A stretch of 17,526 nucleotides of DNA from Bacteroidota bacterium (lineage in GTDB: Bacteria; Bacteroidota; Bacteroidia; Chitinophagales; Chitinophagaceae). The notes beneath the pieces were generated by a model that ran no database searches, was not told the origin of the DNA, and saw nothing but the letters and a program-made list of their open reading frames with translations. The stretch is from the NCBI GenBank assembly GCA_031384415.1, contig JANNAM010000244.1, positions 1 to 17,526 of the forward strand, in the 5' to 3' direction. The translations under genes and the position numbers were made by a program. Below, piece by piece: positions 15,789-17,526 of this stretch; the stretch's first letter is position 1, and each line of letters begins with the position of its first letter.

Positions 15789-16265
15789 CTACTCTACCCC
15801 GTCCATTATTTTAGAACCCGGGTTATTTAAAATTTTTGTCAGCTTATTTCTGTCAAAAACACTGTGCTCAAAAGTTTGTGCCATCACAATGGCATCCGAA
15901 GGGCATGCAATCACACAAAGGTTACACATAGTACACAGTTCAAGATGATACACCAGCTTATCAATTGCTTTTTTCTTTTTCCCTTCCGGAGTTATTTCAT
16001 TTTTAAAAATTACTTTGATGGTACCATTGGGGCAGGCCAGCTCACAAGCCTGGCAACCAGTGCAGCGGTGTTCGTTTTTTTCATCATGCGGCATCACCAC
16101 TTCGCCCTTAAACCTCTCCGGTAAATTTAGCGTTGCTTTATTATCGGGATATTGTTGTGTAATAATTTCTTTGTGGTGCGTAAAATAATAGCCCGTTCGC
16201 CGCATACCTTTTGCCAGCGATTTTACAGCGCTAAAAACTTCTTTTATGTAGTTAACAATAAACAT
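15789..16265 (-). CDS. nuoI: NADH-quinone oxidoreductase subunit I (2x[4Fe-4S] ferredoxin-type)
   Basis: Two CxxCxxCxxxCP motifs (CTGCQACELACP, CTMCNLCVIACP). I prefer the ATG at 16265 (MFIVNYIKEVF...) over the track's TTG at 16280. The TTG abuts the hairpin 3' arm, whereas the ATG has GGAGGA 7 nt upstream. Confidence 0.88.
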   Translation of the reverse strand: MFIVNYIKEVFSAVKSLAKGMRRTGYYFTHHKEIITQQYPDNKATLNLPERFKGEVVMPHDEKNEHRCTGCQACELACPNGTIKVIFKNEITPEGKKKKAIDKLVYHLELCTMCNLCVIACPSDAIVMAQTFEHSVFDRNKLTKILNNPGSKIMDGVE

Positions 16266-16280
16266 ACCCTCATCCTCCAA

Positions 16281-16303
16281 CTCCTTCTCCTGTAGAGAAG
16301 GAG
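16281..16303 (-). repeat. Perfect 9-bp hairpin CTCCTTCTC-CTGTA-GAGAAGGAG immediately upstream of nuoI
   Basis: Arms at 16281-16289 and 16295-16303 are exact reverse complements with a 5-nt loop. In mRNA sense it reads as a pyrimidine arm, a loop, then an SD-like purine arm. Confidence 0.7.
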
Positions 16304-16408
16304 CGGAACTTTATTTTAATAATGAACTAATTAACTTCCACATCAACAATATTTCCATTTTCATCTTTTCACACATTATACCAATCTTCGCTTTCTTCTC
16401 TTGCACAT

Positions 16409-16440
16409 CCCTTCCCCCCGGGGGGAAGGATAGGAAGGGG
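16409..16440 (-). repeat. 20-nt perfect palindrome CCTTCCCCCCGGGGGGAAGG plus an adjacent ATAGGAAGGGG repeat, just downstream of nuoH
   Basis: The palindrome spans 16410-16429 and the extra purine tract 16433-16440. In mRNA sense: CCCCUUCC-UAU-CCUUCCCCCC-GGGGGGAAGG, beginning 9 nt after the nuoH stop (16450-16452). Confidence 0.7.
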
Positions 16441-16449
16441 CTTTGCTGT

Positions 16450-17526
16450 CTAAAAATGCCACCCCAATATCGCCATCGCTGTCACCAGCAATAAATTAAA
16501 CATGCTGATGGGTAATAAATATTTCCACTCCAAATTCAGTAACTGGTCAATCCGCAATCTTGGAAACGTCCACCTGAACCACATGATTACAAAAATCAGG
16601 AAAAATGTTTTTCCAAAAAACCAGATGCTTGATGGAATATAATCCATCACATGATTAAAGCCTGTCCAGTTGCCAATATGAAAAGGCATCCATCCGCCTA
16701 AAAATAATGTAGCGCCAATGGCACACACAATAAACACATTTACATATTCAGCCAAAAAAAACAAGGCAAACTTCATCCCCGAATATTCTGTATGAAAACC
16801 AGCAGTCAGTTCCGATTCTGCTTCGGCCAAATCAAATGGTGCCCTGTTTGTTTCAGCAGTTACTGCAATTATAAAAACAACAAATGCAATCACTACCGGA
16901 ATATGGCCTTTAAAAATCCACCAGCCATCGGCCTGCGCATAAATAATATCAGAAACACTTAAGCTGCCTGTTAAAACAACAATTGCCAGCACAGAAAGCC
17001 CGGCAGATAATTCGTAACTCACAATCTGAGCACCGCTTCTCATTGCCCCCATCAACGAATATTTATTATTGCTTGCCCAACCCGCCATTAAAATACTGAT
17101 GACCATCAGTGAAGAAATTGCCGACACATACAACACACCAATATTCATATCCCAAAACTGAAAATCTTTTGCAAATGCAATGGGTGCCATCAGCAGCATG
17201 GCAACAATCATGGCAATAAAAGGAGCAAGGTTAAATAAAAATTTATCAGCGCCGTTCGGTGTCAGTCCTTCTTTCACCAGCAGCTTTAAAGTATCTGCCA
17301 GCGACTGGAGCATTCCTTTTGGCCCAACCCTGTTTGGCCCAAGCCTTATCTGCATCCATGCCGAAACTTTTCTTTCCATAATAACCAGCACCAAACCAAG
17401 TCCGGCAAACAAACCAATTACCGCAACTCCGGCAATCACCATTTCTATAATGGTAGCAAGCGTGGCATTGAATGTTTCATTCAGCCAATGGTGAATATTG
17501 TTTGCTATGTTTGAAATGCTCCACAT
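16450..17526 (-). CDS. nuoH: NADH-quinone oxidoreductase subunit H
   Basis: 358 aa: ...IMERKVSAWMQIRLGPNRVGPKGMLQSLADTLKLLVKE..., ...ETNRAPFDLAEAESELTAGFHTEYSGMKFALFFLAEY... are the ND1/NuoH signatures. The ATG sits exactly at the window edge, so an upstream extension cannot be excluded. Confidence 0.9.
   Translation of the reverse strand: MWSISNIANNIHHWLNETFNATLATIIEMVIAGVAVIGLFAGLGLVLVIMERKVSAWMQIRLGPNRVGPKGMLQSLADTLKLLVKEGLTPNGADKFLFNLAPFIAMIVAMLLMAPIAFAKDFQFWDMNIGVLYVSAISSLMVISILMAGWASNNKYSLMGAMRSGAQIVSYELSAGLSVLAIVVLTGSLSVSDIIYAQADGWWIFKGHIPVVIAFVVFIIAVTAETNRAPFDLAEAESELTAGFHTEYSGMKFALFFLAEYVNVFIVCAIGATLFLGGWMPFHIGNWTGFNHVMDYIPSSIWFFGKTFFLIFVIMWFRWTFPRLRIDQLLNLEWKYLLPISMFNLLLVTAMAILGWHF

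Noticed and set aside
16266-16280. TTG start (MEDEG...) for nuoI as given in the track
   Set aside because: The TTG directly abuts the hairpin 3' arm with no spacer. The ATG at 16265 has a well-spaced GGAGGA, and the extra five residues are not typical of NuoI.
16311-16376. 21-aa minus-strand sORF (MCEKMKMEILLMWKLISSLLK) in the nuoH-nuoI spacer
   Set aside because: It is too short to evaluate from sequence alone and I see no supporting signal. Conservation cannot be checked here. It is most likely a chance ORF in AT-rich DNA.
14960-17494. Plus-strand ORFs 14960-15181, 15864-16124 and 17180-17494
   Set aside because: They are antisense to nuoK, nuoI and nuoH respectively.
1-17526. Search for tRNA or rRNA genes, CRISPR arrays, transposase or integrase genes, prophage or defence-island content
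   Set aside because: By eye I found no cloverleaf-like or rRNA-like segments, no regularly spaced direct repeats, and no ORF with recombinase, transposase or known defence-protein motifs. The window reads as core genome.

Overview
AT-rich chromosomal segment that looks like Bacteroidota (TAnnTTTG-type promoter motifs, a GxxExxY gene, nuoH-to-nuoN gene order; the phylum call is inference). It consists almost entirely of housekeeping genes. Minus strand, 1-2566: most of a class II (B12-dependent) ribonucleotide reductase, nrdJ. This gene is missing from the supplied ORF track because its stop codon lies outside the window. Plus strand, 2856-8908: a small membrane protein with a terminator, dtd, a GxxExxY (PD-(D/E)XK-like) protein, a MazG/YpjD-like NTP pyrophosphohydrolase, a YihY/BrkB membrane protein, glycyl-tRNA synthetase, a Fic-domain protein and a secreted hypothetical protein. 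Minus strand, 8911-17526: nuoH-I-J-K-L-M-N (complex I membrane arm plus NuoI), followed by a hypothetical protein with a P/A-rich linker and a DUF1569/DinB-like protein. I see no CRISPR array, tRNA or rRNA, transposase, phage genes or recognisable defence or toxin-antitoxin pair, and I cannot honestly claim a new multi-gene system. Three leads stand out. (1) A 32/33-matching inverted repeat brackets the GxxExxY gene exactly, between dtd and the mazG-like gene, giving it a cassette-like layout. (2) A set of GC-rich hairpins with a pyrimidine arm and a purine arm sits at specific nuo gene junctions, and one of them lies inside the predicted nuoL N-terminus. (3) Three co-oriented DnaA-box-like 9-mers overlap the likely nrdJ promoter. 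All functional readings of these are inference and need genome-wide and comparative checks that I cannot run here.
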